Origin: Myxococcota bacterium
GTDB taxonomy: Bacteria; Myxococcota_A; Bradymonadia; UBA7976; UBA1532
Assembly: GCA_036337435.1 (NCBI GenBank)
Contig: JAYZEG010000095.1
Location: 1-64,000, forward strand
DNA length: 64,000 bases
Direction: 5' to 3'
Of this stretch, positions 9,245-18,558 are shown in pieces. Position numbers and translations under genes: made by a program. A model generated the notes under the pieces. It was not told the DNA's origin. It did no database searches and was given only the letters and a program-made list of their open reading frames with translations. Position 1 is the stretch's first letter. Every line of letters starts with the position of its first letter.

Positions 9245-10237
9245 TTATTGGGCCGGTGTTGCCAGGGACGGCCGACGATGGGACTGACCGTCGAAGCGGC
9301 CGAACCCCTTCAAGTAGCGCAAGAAATCGTGATCGTCAGCTGAGAGAACGAGCCGCATTTTGCTGGAAAATGTCTTTGGAAAAAGGTCGAGACTTCGACT
9401 GAATGAGTAGAACTCTGAATCTTTACCGTATGCATCAGCATAAATCTTAAGCACTTCGGCATCAGCGGAGCCTCGAATCGTGGCGGCCGATGCGTATCCC
9501 TCTGACTCAATCTTTTCGAGGTCTTTTGCCATTTTACCTAAGATTTTCGCCTCTCGCTCGCGACCTTCCGATTCGTAGCGATTGGCGATACGGATTCGTT
9601 CGGACCGCATTCGTTCATAAATTTTTGGAATGACCGATTTGACATAGTTAAACGTCTTAATTTGTAGCCCGTTGATGGTGAATCCGTACTCGTCGACAGC
9701 CCCTGTACCCGCTCGAGTGAGAATCTCATTGGCGACCTTCTCACGGCCAACGGCGATTTTGACGTTTCGCGCCGCTTCGGCTTCTTCGAGTTCCTCTGAC
9801 TCATACTGCAGACGTCTTTGCGTATTTCTCAGCGCTTCATAGAGCCGATTTGCGGATATAACATTCTTAACCGAGGCTTCAACGACACCGTCCAAAACGC
9901 TTTGGCCGGCACTTTCGGTCCTCACAGCCTCATAGAAACGCCTCGGTTCTGTGACCTTCCAGCGGGCCCAGGTATTGACCTCGATGTTTTCCTTATCGAT
10001 GGTCAAAAGGTCACTCGGCTCGCCATCCCAATTCCGAAGGCGGCTGTCGATCATCGTCACTTCTTGAATGAATGGAATTTTAAACTTGAGGCCCGGCTCT
10101 TTGACTTCTTCGACCACCCGACCAAATTGAGTCACAATGGCAAACTCGTAGACGGGAACAACGTACATCGATGCTGCACCGACGGCTGTCGTCGCCAGTA
10201 TTGCAGCGGTCAGGGCAATCCATGCTTTGTTCTTCAT
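9245..10237 (-). CDS. hflC: FtsH protease modulator HflC (SPFH domain)
   Basis: N-terminal TM; AIVTQFG..EPGLKFKIPFIQ; IYERMRSER; IYADAYGKDSEFYSFSRSL. Overlaps hflK by ATGA. Confidence 0.95.
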   Translation of the reverse strand: MKNKAWIALTAAILATTAVGAASMYVVPVYEFAIVTQFGRVVEEVKEPGLKFKIPFIQEVTMIDSRLRNWDGEPSDLLTIDKENIEVNTWARWKVTEPRRFYEAVRTESAGQSVLDGVVEASVKNVISANRLYEALRNTQRRLQYESEELEEAEAARNVKIAVGREKVANEILTRAGTGAVDEYGFTINGLQIKTFNYVKSVIPKIYERMRSERIRIANRYESEGREREAKILGKMAKDLEKIESEGYASAATIRGSADAEVLKIYADAYGKDSEFYSFSRSLDLFPKTFSSKMRLVLSADDHDFLRYLKGFGRFDGQSHRRPSLATPAQ

Positions 10238-11259
10238 TTTGCTCCTCCCTTCTTGAGGTCCAGGAGTTTCAACACGCCGTTATCTTTGTCGTCGATGAGC
10301 ATGATGTCACCGACCTTGGGAAGCGATGCTTCCATCGCTTCTAGGTAGAGCCTGCGACGGGTGATGTCTTCCGCTTTCCGGTATTCAGCCAAGACGGCTA
10401 GGAATGCATCGGTCTCGCCCTTCGCGCGATTGACTCGGCCGATTTTGTAGCCCTCCGCTTCTTTGACGACACGTTCAGCTGCACCGCGTGCGGCAGGGAT
10501 CTTTTTGTTCCGCTCGCCCTCGGCTTCATTGACGATTCGAGCTCTCACTTGCATCGCTCTATTGACCCCACTGAAGGCGTCTCGAACTGCATCCGGTGGC
10601 GATGCACGGCCCAGGTTGATCTTAACGATTTGGATCCCACATTTCAGGGCGTCTAAGCCCTCTTGCATTTTCTGTTTCACGGCACTTTCGATAGCTGGGC
10701 GGTCCAAAGTGAGCGCCTCATCGACTGAGCGGTCTCCGATTTCAATGCGCATGACGGCTTCCGACACATCCCTCAGGGTTTGCTCAGGGTCTCGAACTTC
10801 AAACAGATAGTCCTTTAACTTGTTAATTTTGTAGCGGACCTCCCAGGTAATCATCACCAGGTTGAGGTCGCCGGTAAGCATCGATGCCTCGGCAACGACG
10901 CCTGGGCTGTTGTAGTCGAATTGACTCTTTACACCCGCACTGAGTGTCCGGTAGCCGAACTCGGCAGAGTGCACTGTTTTGACCGCGCGCTTGTGCACTT
11001 GGTCAATGCCGAACGGCAGTTTCCCGTGAAAACCAGGCCCATAGACATCATGGATTTTTCCTAAACGGAGGACGACAGCTTCTTCGTTTGCTTCGACCGT
11101 ATAATAGGCAGACGATCCGCCCCAGAGTAGGACGAGGACCAGCACAACCAACCAAAACAGCTTAAACATGCGTTCTGGATCGATGTTGATATGGAAATCA
11201 TCCGGTGTGCGCTGGCCGCCACCGCCTTGCATATTCTTTACCCAGTCAAACTCACTCAT
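10234..11259 (-). CDS. hflK: FtsH protease modulator HflK (SPFH domain)
   Basis: TM; EEAVVLRLGK; MLTGDLN; PPDAVRDAF; IPAARG; TRRRLYLEAME. GGAGG-type RBS upstream. Confidence 0.95.
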   Translation of the reverse strand: MSEFDWVKNMQGGGGQRTPDDFHINIDPERMFKLFWLVVLVLVLLWGGSSAYYTVEANEEAVVLRLGKIHDVYGPGFHGKLPFGIDQVHKRAVKTVHSAEFGYRTLSAGVKSQFDYNSPGVVAEASMLTGDLNLVMITWEVRYKINKLKDYLFEVRDPEQTLRDVSEAVMRIEIGDRSVDEALTLDRPAIESAVKQKMQEGLDALKCGIQIVKINLGRASPPDAVRDAFSGVNRAMQVRARIVNEAEGERNKKIPAARGAAERVVKEAEGYKIGRVNRAKGETDAFLAVLAEYRKAEDITRRRLYLEAMEASLPKVGDIMLIDDKDNGVLKLLDLKKGGAK

Positions 11260-11392
11260 CGAGAGCCTCCAAATAACTCATTACAACTCATCTACTGTGG
11301 ATCGCCCTTAAGTACAATGGACAATTAAAAGAAGTCACAGCCCAGGTGCATTTAATTCTGCCTCACAGGCGCACTCTCGCCAAGACAGCTCC

Positions 11393-11818
11393 TCACGAGC
11401 GCGGCTTTCGCCAGCGCCAGACAAACCACAAGACGGCCGCAATTATGATAGCCGCACTCACTTTTGGGTTACGGACAAAACGAACAAGGATCGGGGTCCC
11501 GATCACGATCAGGGCCCAATTGAGGAATCGTTGAATTCGCAGGGTCGTTGACTGCGCGGTTGGTTGCGTGCCCGCTGTCGAGAAAACACGTGTCGGATCA
11601 CGGTCGTAGCGCGCTCTTTGTTGCGGATTTGACAGGATCTCATAGGCTTCATTCAGCTCTTGGAGTTTTTCTTCTGCGAGCTCACGAAGCGCATTATCCT
11701 GGTGTTTATCCGGGTGATAGCGACTCACCAGGTCACGATACGCAGCCTGAATCTCTTTATCCGATGCCGTCGGTTTTACGCCGAGGATTCCATAATAATC
11801 TTTACCCAACCCAGACAT
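11393..11818 (-). CDS. Small J-domain protein with C-terminal membrane helices
   Basis: [11 protein letters not shown] motif, [14 protein letters not shown], then two hydrophobic segments. Confidence 0.9.
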   Translation of the reverse strand: MSGLGKDYYGILGVKPTASDKEIQAAYRDLVSRYHPDKHQDNALRELAEEKLQELNEAYEILSNPQQRARYDRDPTRVFSTAGTQPTAQSTTLRIQRFLNWALIVIGTPILVRFVRNPKVSAAIIIAAVLWFVWRWRKPRS

Positions 11819-11834
11819 CTTTGCCCTACCAAAC

Positions 11835-13262
11835 CTACGGCCGACGGATCGCCAAAAGCCGAATCTCGCTCATGTCATCCATGGAGTAACGAATCCCTTC
11901 GCGGCCTAAGCCGCTGTCTTTAACACCACCATACGGCATATGATCGACTCGCCAGCTCGGAATATCTCCGATGATAACACCACCGACATCAAGGGCATCC
12001 CATGCCTGCTGCGCTTTGTATAAATCCCTGGTAAATACCCCCGCTTGCAGGCCAAACCGGCTGTCGTTGACTTCGTTGATTGCATCTTCAAAATCGGAAA
12101 ATGGGGTCAGTAAAGCAACGGGTCCGAAGACCTCCTCTCGATATAAACGCACATGCCGAGGTACATTCTCCATGAAGGTTGCATTGACGAATGCGCCGTC
12201 TCTTTGTCCACCACAGAGCAGTCTGGCCCCCGCGTCTTGTGCCTCTGTAATCCAGCGTTCGACCCGAATGGCTTCATTCTCGGTGATCAAGGGGCCGATA
12301 CTGGTTGATTCATGACGTGGATCTCCTACCAGAAGTTGGTTTGCGCCATCGACCAATTTCGTTTTCAGTTCATGATAGATTTGTTCGTGAATCAAAACCC
12401 GCTGCACACCGATGCAGCTTTGCCCTGATTGATAAAATGCACCGCGTAGAATACGCGTGGCCGCGTCGTCCAGATCCCAGTCTCTGTCGACGATGCATGC
12501 GGCGTTGCCCCCGAGTTCGAGGATGACGCGTTTTTTTCCTGATTGACTTTTCAGCTGCCAACCGACGTCTGCCGAGCCTGTGAAGCTGAGCAGTTTGAGT
12601 CGGGGGTCTGTCGTGAATGCACCAGCGGACTCCCGGTCGCATGGCATGATTGAAAATGCGCCATCAGGGAGGCCTGTTTCTGCGAGGATTTCGCCGATCA
12701 ACAATGCGCCGATAGGTGTTAAACTTGCTGGTTTCAACACGAAAGGGCAGCCCATAGCGATGGCTGGCGCAATTTTGTGTGCCACCAGATTAAGAGGGAA
12801 ATTGAATGGCGTAATAAACGATACGGGCCCGATTGGGACACGCTTCCACAGACCGCTGTAGCCTGCTGTACGGGCTGAAATTTCCATATCCATGACCTGG
12901 CCTGTGGTCCGCACGGATTCAGCCGCAGCAAAGCGAAAGGTATCGATTAAGCGAGCCACTTCCCCTCGCGCATCGCGGATTGGTTTGCCGGCTTCCAAAC
13001 ACAGCGCATTAGCGAATTCTTCGGTTCGGTTTTCGAAGGCAGAGACACACTGATTGAGGATGTCTTGTCGCGCATAGCTGGGCAGCGCCTTCATGGCGTT
13101 CGCGGCATTTACAGACTCGGCAATGCCCCTTTGGATGTCGTCTGTCGATGCTTTTGAGACCGAGGTGATTCGTTGGCCGGTGTATTTGTCGAACACGTCG
13201 ATCCGAGCGTCGGTCTCAATGGCTTTCCCGCCAATGTAGAGGGGGTAGTGTGACTTTAGCAT
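11835..13262 (-). CDS. Aldehyde dehydrogenase family protein
   Basis: ITPFNFP, FTGS, LELGGNA, catalytic GQSC, EEVFGP and [14 protein letters not shown]. Confidence 0.95.
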   Translation of the reverse strand: MLKSHYPLYIGGKAIETDARIDVFDKYTGQRITSVSKASTDDIQRGIAESVNAANAMKALPSYARQDILNQCVSAFENRTEEFANALCLEAGKPIRDARGEVARLIDTFRFAAAESVRTTGQVMDMEISARTAGYSGLWKRVPIGPVSFITPFNFPLNLVAHKIAPAIAMGCPFVLKPASLTPIGALLIGEILAETGLPDGAFSIMPCDRESAGAFTTDPRLKLLSFTGSADVGWQLKSQSGKKRVILELGGNAACIVDRDWDLDDAATRILRGAFYQSGQSCIGVQRVLIHEQIYHELKTKLVDGANQLLVGDPRHESTSIGPLITENEAIRVERWITEAQDAGARLLCGGQRDGAFVNATFMENVPRHVRLYREEVFGPVALLTPFSDFEDAINEVNDSRFGLQAGVFTRDLYKAQQAWDALDVGGVIIGDIPSWRVDHMPYGGVKDSGLGREGIRYSMDDMSEIRLLAIRRP

Positions 13263-13316
13263 CTTATCTATCCTGCATTGGTCTACTCTCGGCGCGAAGA
13301 CTTTGACGTGTTCCAG

Positions 13317-13889
13317 CTAACCGGTCCATTCATGCTTTAAAATAGAATAGCAGGCTGTTTCCCGCCGTGAGCCATCGACTGGGTTATATTGGTGCCGAAG
13401 TGTGCCCTCCCGGACCATCGAGTTCGATTCGGCGCAGCGAATGCTTGCAATGTTTTCTGCATTGCAACGCCAAGCTAGACGCACCCATGGCCAGTCGGTA
13501 AATCCCCAGTTGATGATGGCTCTTAGGGCTTTTCGGCCCAGACCGCGCCCTGCATGAACCTTATTTATCCACAAACCGATTTCCGCGCTCTGGGTTTTAA
13601 GCGGACCTTCCCTTAGATGAAAACCGCTGCCGCCGAGTAAGTTCGTCTCATCCTGATCCCAGATACTGAAGACGAAGTCGTCGTTGGCCTCGTAGGCGTC
13701 GATGAAATTCGCGATTAAATCTCGCGTCTCATCGACGGATTGTGATGCGGTAGCCCATGGCATGAACCGCTTTAAGTGGTGGTACGATTCGTAGGTCGCA
13801 TCCATCAGCGGTTGAGCATCCTCGATCCGATAGCAGCGGATAATCAAACCGTCTTCCATGGTTCGTTTGGGTGCCAAAAACGTGTTCAT
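13317..13889 (-). CDS. GNAT N-acetyltransferase, RimJ/RimL family
   Basis: HLKRFMPW, AEIGLWI...GRGLG, ENIASIR and EGTLR. ATG 13889 has a purine-rich RBS. Confidence 0.9.
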   Translation of the reverse strand: MNTFLAPKRTMEDGLIIRCYRIEDAQPLMDATYESYHHLKRFMPWATASQSVDETRDLIANFIDAYEANDDFVFSIWDQDETNLLGGSGFHLREGPLKTQSAEIGLWINKVHAGRGLGRKALRAIINWGFTDWPWVRLAWRCNAENIASIRCAESNSMVREGTLRHQYNPVDGSRRETACYSILKHEWTG

Positions 13890-13953
13890 GCCTCGGCCTT
13901 CGCGTTCTCTAACGGGCTTGATTATCGCACACAGTCGGTGGATGTCACGCACA

Positions 13954-14733
13954 TTAACCCCGAATGATTTGACTCACAAGGTCTAACCCGTCGGTGAGGG
14001 CCGCTGGCCCTGGCTGTAAAATGATACATGGATCGATTTCGTAGATGCGCTGTTTTTGCACGGCGGGAATGCCATGAAACCCAGCGCGGCTTTTGATCTG
14101 ATCAATATCCACAGGCTTTCCGCACCAAGACGCCAGTATGATATCTGGTTGAGCGGCGATGATTTGTTCAGACGTGACAACACGCTCCATCGCGCCTTTA
14201 CATTCTGCCAGATCGGAGAATACGTCTGTTCCACCGGCGACCTCGATGAGCTCGCTGACCCATTGAATTCCGCTGATCATCGGGTCATCCCACTCCTCGA
14301 AGTAAACTCGTGGGCGATAGCTGAGTTTGCGTCCGGCTGTCGCGATTTGGTCAAGACGTCGTCGGTATTGGTCCACCAGAGCATTGGCTTTGGCAGATGC
14401 ATCGACAATGCGGCCGAGGGTGCCGATCACCTCGAGGATTTCAGCGATGGTGCGCTGATTAAAAATCAAGACGGGCAGGTGGGCTTTGATCAACTTGGCA
14501 GCGAGTTCGCTTTGAATATCTGAGAAACCGACCACCAAATCCGGTTTCAGAGCCTTAATTTTTTGAACACTGCCATTGATGAAGGCGGATACGATAGGCT
14601 TTGTTTTCCTGATCTCCGGTGGGCGCACGGTATAGGCACTGATGCCGACAATCCGGTCTGCTTCTCCGAGCGCCCACAAGATTTCTGTCGGCTCTTCTGT
14701 TAGACAGACAATCTTGGTGGGGCCTCGTTTCAT
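13954..14733 (-). CDS. BtuF-like cobalamin/siderophore-type substrate-binding protein (no signal peptide seen)
   Basis: KIVCLTEEPTE, IVGIS, LKPDLV, RVYFEEWDDP and ILQPGP. ATG 14733 lies just after the upstream stop at 14741-14743, so the longer listed start is rejected. Confidence 0.85.
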   Translation of the reverse strand: MKRGPTKIVCLTEEPTEILWALGEADRIVGISAYTVRPPEIRKTKPIVSAFINGSVQKIKALKPDLVVGFSDIQSELAAKLIKAHLPVLIFNQRTIAEILEVIGTLGRIVDASAKANALVDQYRRRLDQIATAGRKLSYRPRVYFEEWDDPMISGIQWVSELIEVAGGTDVFSDLAECKGAMERVVTSEQIIAAQPDIILASWCGKPVDIDQIKSRAGFHGIPAVQKQRIYEIDPCIILQPGPAALTDGLDLVSQIIRG

Positions 14734-14740
14734 CGTGGGC

Positions 14741-16048
14741 TTACTGTCGGGCGGGGACGCAAGCCAATCCACCCGCGCCTGGAGGTGTTCGGCAAACGCC
14801 ATCAATTTGGCGTCCATCAATCTCAAATGAACACGCGTCCATGTCAGCTAGGCCCACACATGCGGCCACGGCTTCAGCCGGAGGCTCCATGCCGCCAGCC
14901 CCCATGCCACCAGGCTCTTGACCACCTGGTGCTTGTCCGTCGCCTGGCTGCATCGTATCTCCCGCCTCGACGACGCCGTGGTAGCACCCAAGCAGGTAGG
15001 GGAATGTGTTGGTCGCATGGTAGCGATATGTTCCATCCGGCCCGATACGCCCATTACATTCATCGAGCCAACCCTCGCCGGCTTGTTGTTGATAGGCATG
15101 GTTATCCCACGCATAGTCTTTGAAAACGCAAGCCGTGGTAACCACGCCATCGATGACCGCATTTGCGCACACATAACTGTTTTGATCGCTGCACGCTTGG
15201 CCGAGCGTGCACCCGACTGAATCCGCTTCGTAATTCGTTGATTCCCAACTGCTCTTGAACGTGATGACCTCTTGGCAGTCTGCGTCTGTGCACCCTCGCG
15301 GTCCGTACACGGGAAAGCCGTCGAGGGCAAAACCAAGAATCGGTGATGGCCCCTCGAGTGCCTCCATGGGCTCATCATCATACAGATTAGGGATGCCGTC
15401 ACCATCTGCATCAAGAAACGTTTGTTCAACAAACATGTGATAGTGATAATCAGCATTACCGCCCGTATGCCCCTGGGACTCGTCCATGACGTCATTGGCC
15501 ACAGGATCTCCGAATGGATCTGGCATGGGGCCTTCATTCGGTCCGTAGATTGGGATCCCGTTGATGGCGAAACCAACGGTCCCAAGAAGAGGAATTGTTG
15601 TTGTCTCCTCGCTGTACTCAGGCGATAGAGGAATCGTCCAAGAGTGGTTTTGTGCACTGAGTCCATTGGGCGTGGTCGACATGTAGGTATAATGTGGAAT
15701 CCCGTTTGTCGTCACGGTCATATCAGACTGTGTGCAGGTCACTTGGAGGGTTGGTGCTGGATAATTCGCGCCAGGTCCCTGGAATGCGGCCACGTCCAAA
15801 AAAACGTCATCAGGGCAATTGTCAGCGATGCCACCAGCACCGCCGGCACCCCCTTCGGCACCAGCACCGCCGGCACCCCCTTCGGCACCAGCACCGCCAG
15901 CACCTCCTTCGGCACCAGCACCGCCAGCACCGCCTTCGGCACCAGCACCGCCACTACCGCCAGCACTGCCAGTGGACTCGTTATCATCCCCACATCCGCT
16001 CAGCACAAGTGCGAAAGATGCAAGTACCGTAATCAATGCGTATCTCAT
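14741..16048 (-). CDS. YHYH-domain lipoprotein with Gly/Ala linker and C-terminal 4-Cys module
   Basis: Lipobox LVLSGC after a GGAGAGG RBS; GFAINGIPIY, DYHYH, GFALDGFPVYG, LDECNG and YRYHAT..FPY. Confidence 0.9.
   Translation of the reverse strand: MRYALITVLASFALVLSGCGDDNESTGSAGGSGGAGAEGGAGGAGAEGGAGGAGAEGGAGGAGAEGGAGGAGGIADNCPDDVFLDVAAFQGPGANYPAPTLQVTCTQSDMTVTTNGIPHYTYMSTTPNGLSAQNHSWTIPLSPEYSEETTTIPLLGTVGFAINGIPIYGPNEGPMPDPFGDPVANDVMDESQGHTGGNADYHYHMFVEQTFLDADGDGIPNLYDDEPMEALEGPSPILGFALDGFPVYGPRGCTDADCQEVITFKSSWESTNYEADSVGCTLGQACSDQNSYVCANAVIDGVVTTACVFKDYAWDNHAYQQQAGEGWLDECNGRIGPDGTYRYHATNTFPYLLGCYHGVVEAGDTMQPGDGQAPGGQEPGGMGAGGMEPPAEAVAACVGLADMDACSFEIDGRQIDGVCRTPPGAGGLACVPARQ
15832..15952 (-). 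repeat. 27-bp tandem repeat, 4 full copies plus a partial, encoding GGAGGAGAE
   Basis: Unit CACCAGCACCGCC(G/A)GCACC(C/T/G)CCTTCGG starts at 15832, 15859, 15886 and 15913. Confidence 0.95.
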
Positions 16049-16270
16049 ATCCTCTCCTGATTTGGATCGTGTCGACCAGGCGCATACACCCAATATGGCC
16101 TCCGTCTCGCCCGCGACGGTAGCCTATTCATTGACCCAACTGCAAGCCTACAAACACGGTTGAATCATCACGCTCATGGTGAGCATACAATGGCCAACAA
16201 GTCGTTTTAAGATTAGACTGATAGACGCCGGCTGCGGCCGGACAAATTGAGGATGAAAAGCGGAGGTTTC

Positions 16271-17161
16271 TTGAGCGAATCTTTAGCCAAATTAGTCGAT
16301 CTACTTTCAACTCAAACCAATGGGGAGAATCGGTTTTCTGGGGCGAGTCAAGACCTTGGTTGGGGGACAGTTTTTGGTGGCCAAGTTCTCGGGCAAGGTT
16401 TGATGTCAGCCGCTCTGACTGTGGTCGATGATCGACCTATCCACTCTCTTCATGCTTATTTTCTCAGAACGGGCTCTGTTGAGCATCCCGTCTCGTATGA
16501 GGTTGAGCGCACTCGAGACGGTCGGAGCTTTTCGACTCGCCGGGTCCAGGCATTCCAACGGCAAAAGGCCATTATGACCATGTCACTCTCCTTTCACCAA
16601 AACGAGGCAACTTTAGACAGACAATCTGAAATGCCGTCCGTCCCAGGGCCGCAGACCCTTCGTTCGTCCCAAGATTATGTCAACGAACTGGTTGATTCTG
16701 TGCCGCAAAAATATCGCATCTTGCTCTCGGCCGAACGACCCTTCGAAACTCGGCCTGTTGAGCCCGTCAATCCATTCGATCCAACCCCGGGACCAGCTCA
16801 TCAAATGTTCTGGTATCGAACGAGAGGGTCCTTGCCCGACCGGCACAGCTTGCACCGGGCTTTGCTCGCTTATGTATCCGACTTCAATTTTTTGACGACG
16901 GCCCTCAGGCCATTTGGGATGTCTTGGCCGACACCTGGGATCCGAATGACAAGTTTGGACCATGCCATCTGGTTTCACAGGCCTTTTCGTTGCGACCAAT
17001 GGCTGCTCCATACCATCGATTCACCGACCTGTTGCGGAGGGCGTGCACTCGTCCGAGGCCAATTTTTCGATCTCGATGGTCATTTGGTGGCATCGACGAC
17101 GCAAGAAGGCATGGTTAGATATCGACCACCCGAGGGGGCGCAGGCCAAATCAGTGAAATAA
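16271..17161 (+). CDS. tesB: Acyl-CoA thioesterase II
   Basis: VFGGQVLGQ, HSLHAYFLR, RDGRSFSTRRV, LAYVSD, SLDHAIWFH and QEG. TTG 16271 follows GGAGG. Confidence 0.92.
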   Translation: MSESLAKLVDLLSTQTNGENRFSGASQDLGWGTVFGGQVLGQGLMSAALTVVDDRPIHSLHAYFLRTGSVEHPVSYEVERTRDGRSFSTRRVQAFQRQKAIMTMSLSFHQNEATLDRQSEMPSVPGPQTLRSSQDYVNELVDSVPQKYRILLSAERPFETRPVEPVNPFDPTPGPAHQMFWYRTRGSLPDRHSLHRALLAYVSDFNFLTTALRPFGMSWPTPGIRMTSLDHAIWFHRPFRCDQWLLHTIDSPTCCGGRALVRGQFFDLDGHLVASTTQEGMVRYRPPEGAQAKSVK

Positions 17162-18526
17162 TCGACAGGTCGTAGACCGCCAGTCCAAGGCCGCTTCCAA
17201 TTGTGCGCTTAAGGCGAGAACCAGATGGTCAGCACCAGGATGACCAGCCACTTGAACACCGATGGGTAGACCGGACTGAGTCAGACCAGCTGGGAGACTA
17301 GCAGCGGGTCCATGGGTTAAGTTGAAGGGGGCCGTAAACGCGCCGAGTGGTGCAGATTTTTTGAACCACTGTTCAGGATCCGAATGGTCATCGAACTCTC
17401 CGATCAACGGAGCAGGAATCGGCACCGTCGGGCTGAGACATAGGTCGAATCCATCGAGCTGGTTATGGATTTTTTGTGCCATTGTTTGACGTCGTTGTTC
17501 CACCTGTTCGAAAGGCAGCTTTTTGCCTGATTCACGGAGCCATCTGGTCACTGGCATGAGCAGTCTTTCTGAGAGGGCAGGCACGCCGCTGACGGCAAAT
17601 TGCCAAACGGGTAAAAACTCATCTAGGTTTGCATCAGCCGGACGGACCGGTTCGATTATGTGGCCCATTTCTTCCAGTAATCGGGCTGTATTTTGAACGG
17701 CGTCCAAGATCTCTTCGTCGACGTCCCCGATGGTTGATTCTGTAAGCAGAGCGATCCTCAATGGGCCAACAGCTTGATCGCAAGCAGCCAAACACGAGTC
17801 GCCAGCCGATCGCCTGTTCGGACGGCGCGCCATCACATCGAGCATGCCAGCAGCATCGGCGACGTTATGGGCCAATGGACCCATAACGGAGAGGCCGAGT
17901 TGGTTGTATTTGCCGTGTAGATTGCCGAGTAATGATAGGGACGGCTTGAAACCAAATAAATGGCACAAAGCTGACGGGATCCGCACGGAGCCGCCCCCAT
18001 CAGACCCGTGGGCAATAGGGAGTAATCCAGCTGCGACTGCGGACCCTGAACCCCCGCTTGACCCCCCTGGTGTTCGAGCCTGATTCCATGGGTTTCGTGT
18101 GGGCGGATGGATCTCCGGCTCCGTGGTTGGCAAGACACCGAATTCCGAGGTTGTGAGCTTGCCCAGCGAGACAAAACCACCGTCATAGATAAAGCGTGCG
18201 ACGGCCCCATCGGAGGGGCCAATCATATATCGGTAGGCTCTCGACCCCAGCCGGGTTGGTTGCCCGCGTGTTGGGACCAAGTCTTTTATGCCGGTCGGCA
18301 CCCCTAGGAAGAGCGGACCTTCATTGGCCTCGAGTTTGCGAAGGGCTTTATCGGCGTTTCGAGCTTGCTTGAGTGCAGACCGCTTCGCGACATGCGAGAA
18401 TGCATGAAGTTGTGGGTTATAACGGTCGATTCGGTCAAAGTAGTGGCGGACCAATTCTTCGGAACTAAATTGGCCACCTCGCAGGGCTTGGGCTTGCTCT
18501 AACGCTGTGAGCTCATGCAGTCTCAT
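17150..18526 (-). CDS. Amidase signature family enzyme
   Basis: GVPTGIKDL, TRNPW, GGSSGGS, GSDGGGSVRIP and GLPIGVQ. Confidence 0.95.
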   Translation of the reverse strand: MRLHELTALEQAQALRGGQFSSEELVRHYFDRIDRYNPQLHAFSHVAKRSALKQARNADKALRKLEANEGPLFLGVPTGIKDLVPTRGQPTRLGSRAYRYMIGPSDGAVARFIYDGGFVSLGKLTTSEFGVLPTTEPEIHPPTRNPWNQARTPGGSSGGSGSAVAAGLLPIAHGSDGGGSVRIPSALCHLFGFKPSLSLLGNLHGKYNQLGLSVMGPLAHNVADAAGMLDVMARRPNRRSAGDSCLAACDQAVGPLRIALLTESTIGDVDEEILDAVQNTARLLEEMGHIIEPVRPADANLDEFLPVWQFAVSGVPALSERLLMPVTRWLRESGKKLPFEQVEQRRQTMAQKIHNQLDGFDLCLSPTVPIPAPLIGEFDDHSDPEQWFKKSAPLGAFTAPFNLTHGPAASLPAGLTQSGLPIGVQVAGHPGADHLVLALSAQLEAALDWRSTTCRLFH

Positions 18527-18558
18527 ACCGGTCCATTATCTTCGTTTCTCTGCGTGCT

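Noticed and set aside
15832..15952. Possible CRISPR array
   Set aside because: The repeats are contiguous without spacers, encode an in-frame Gly/Ala linker, and no cas genes are present.
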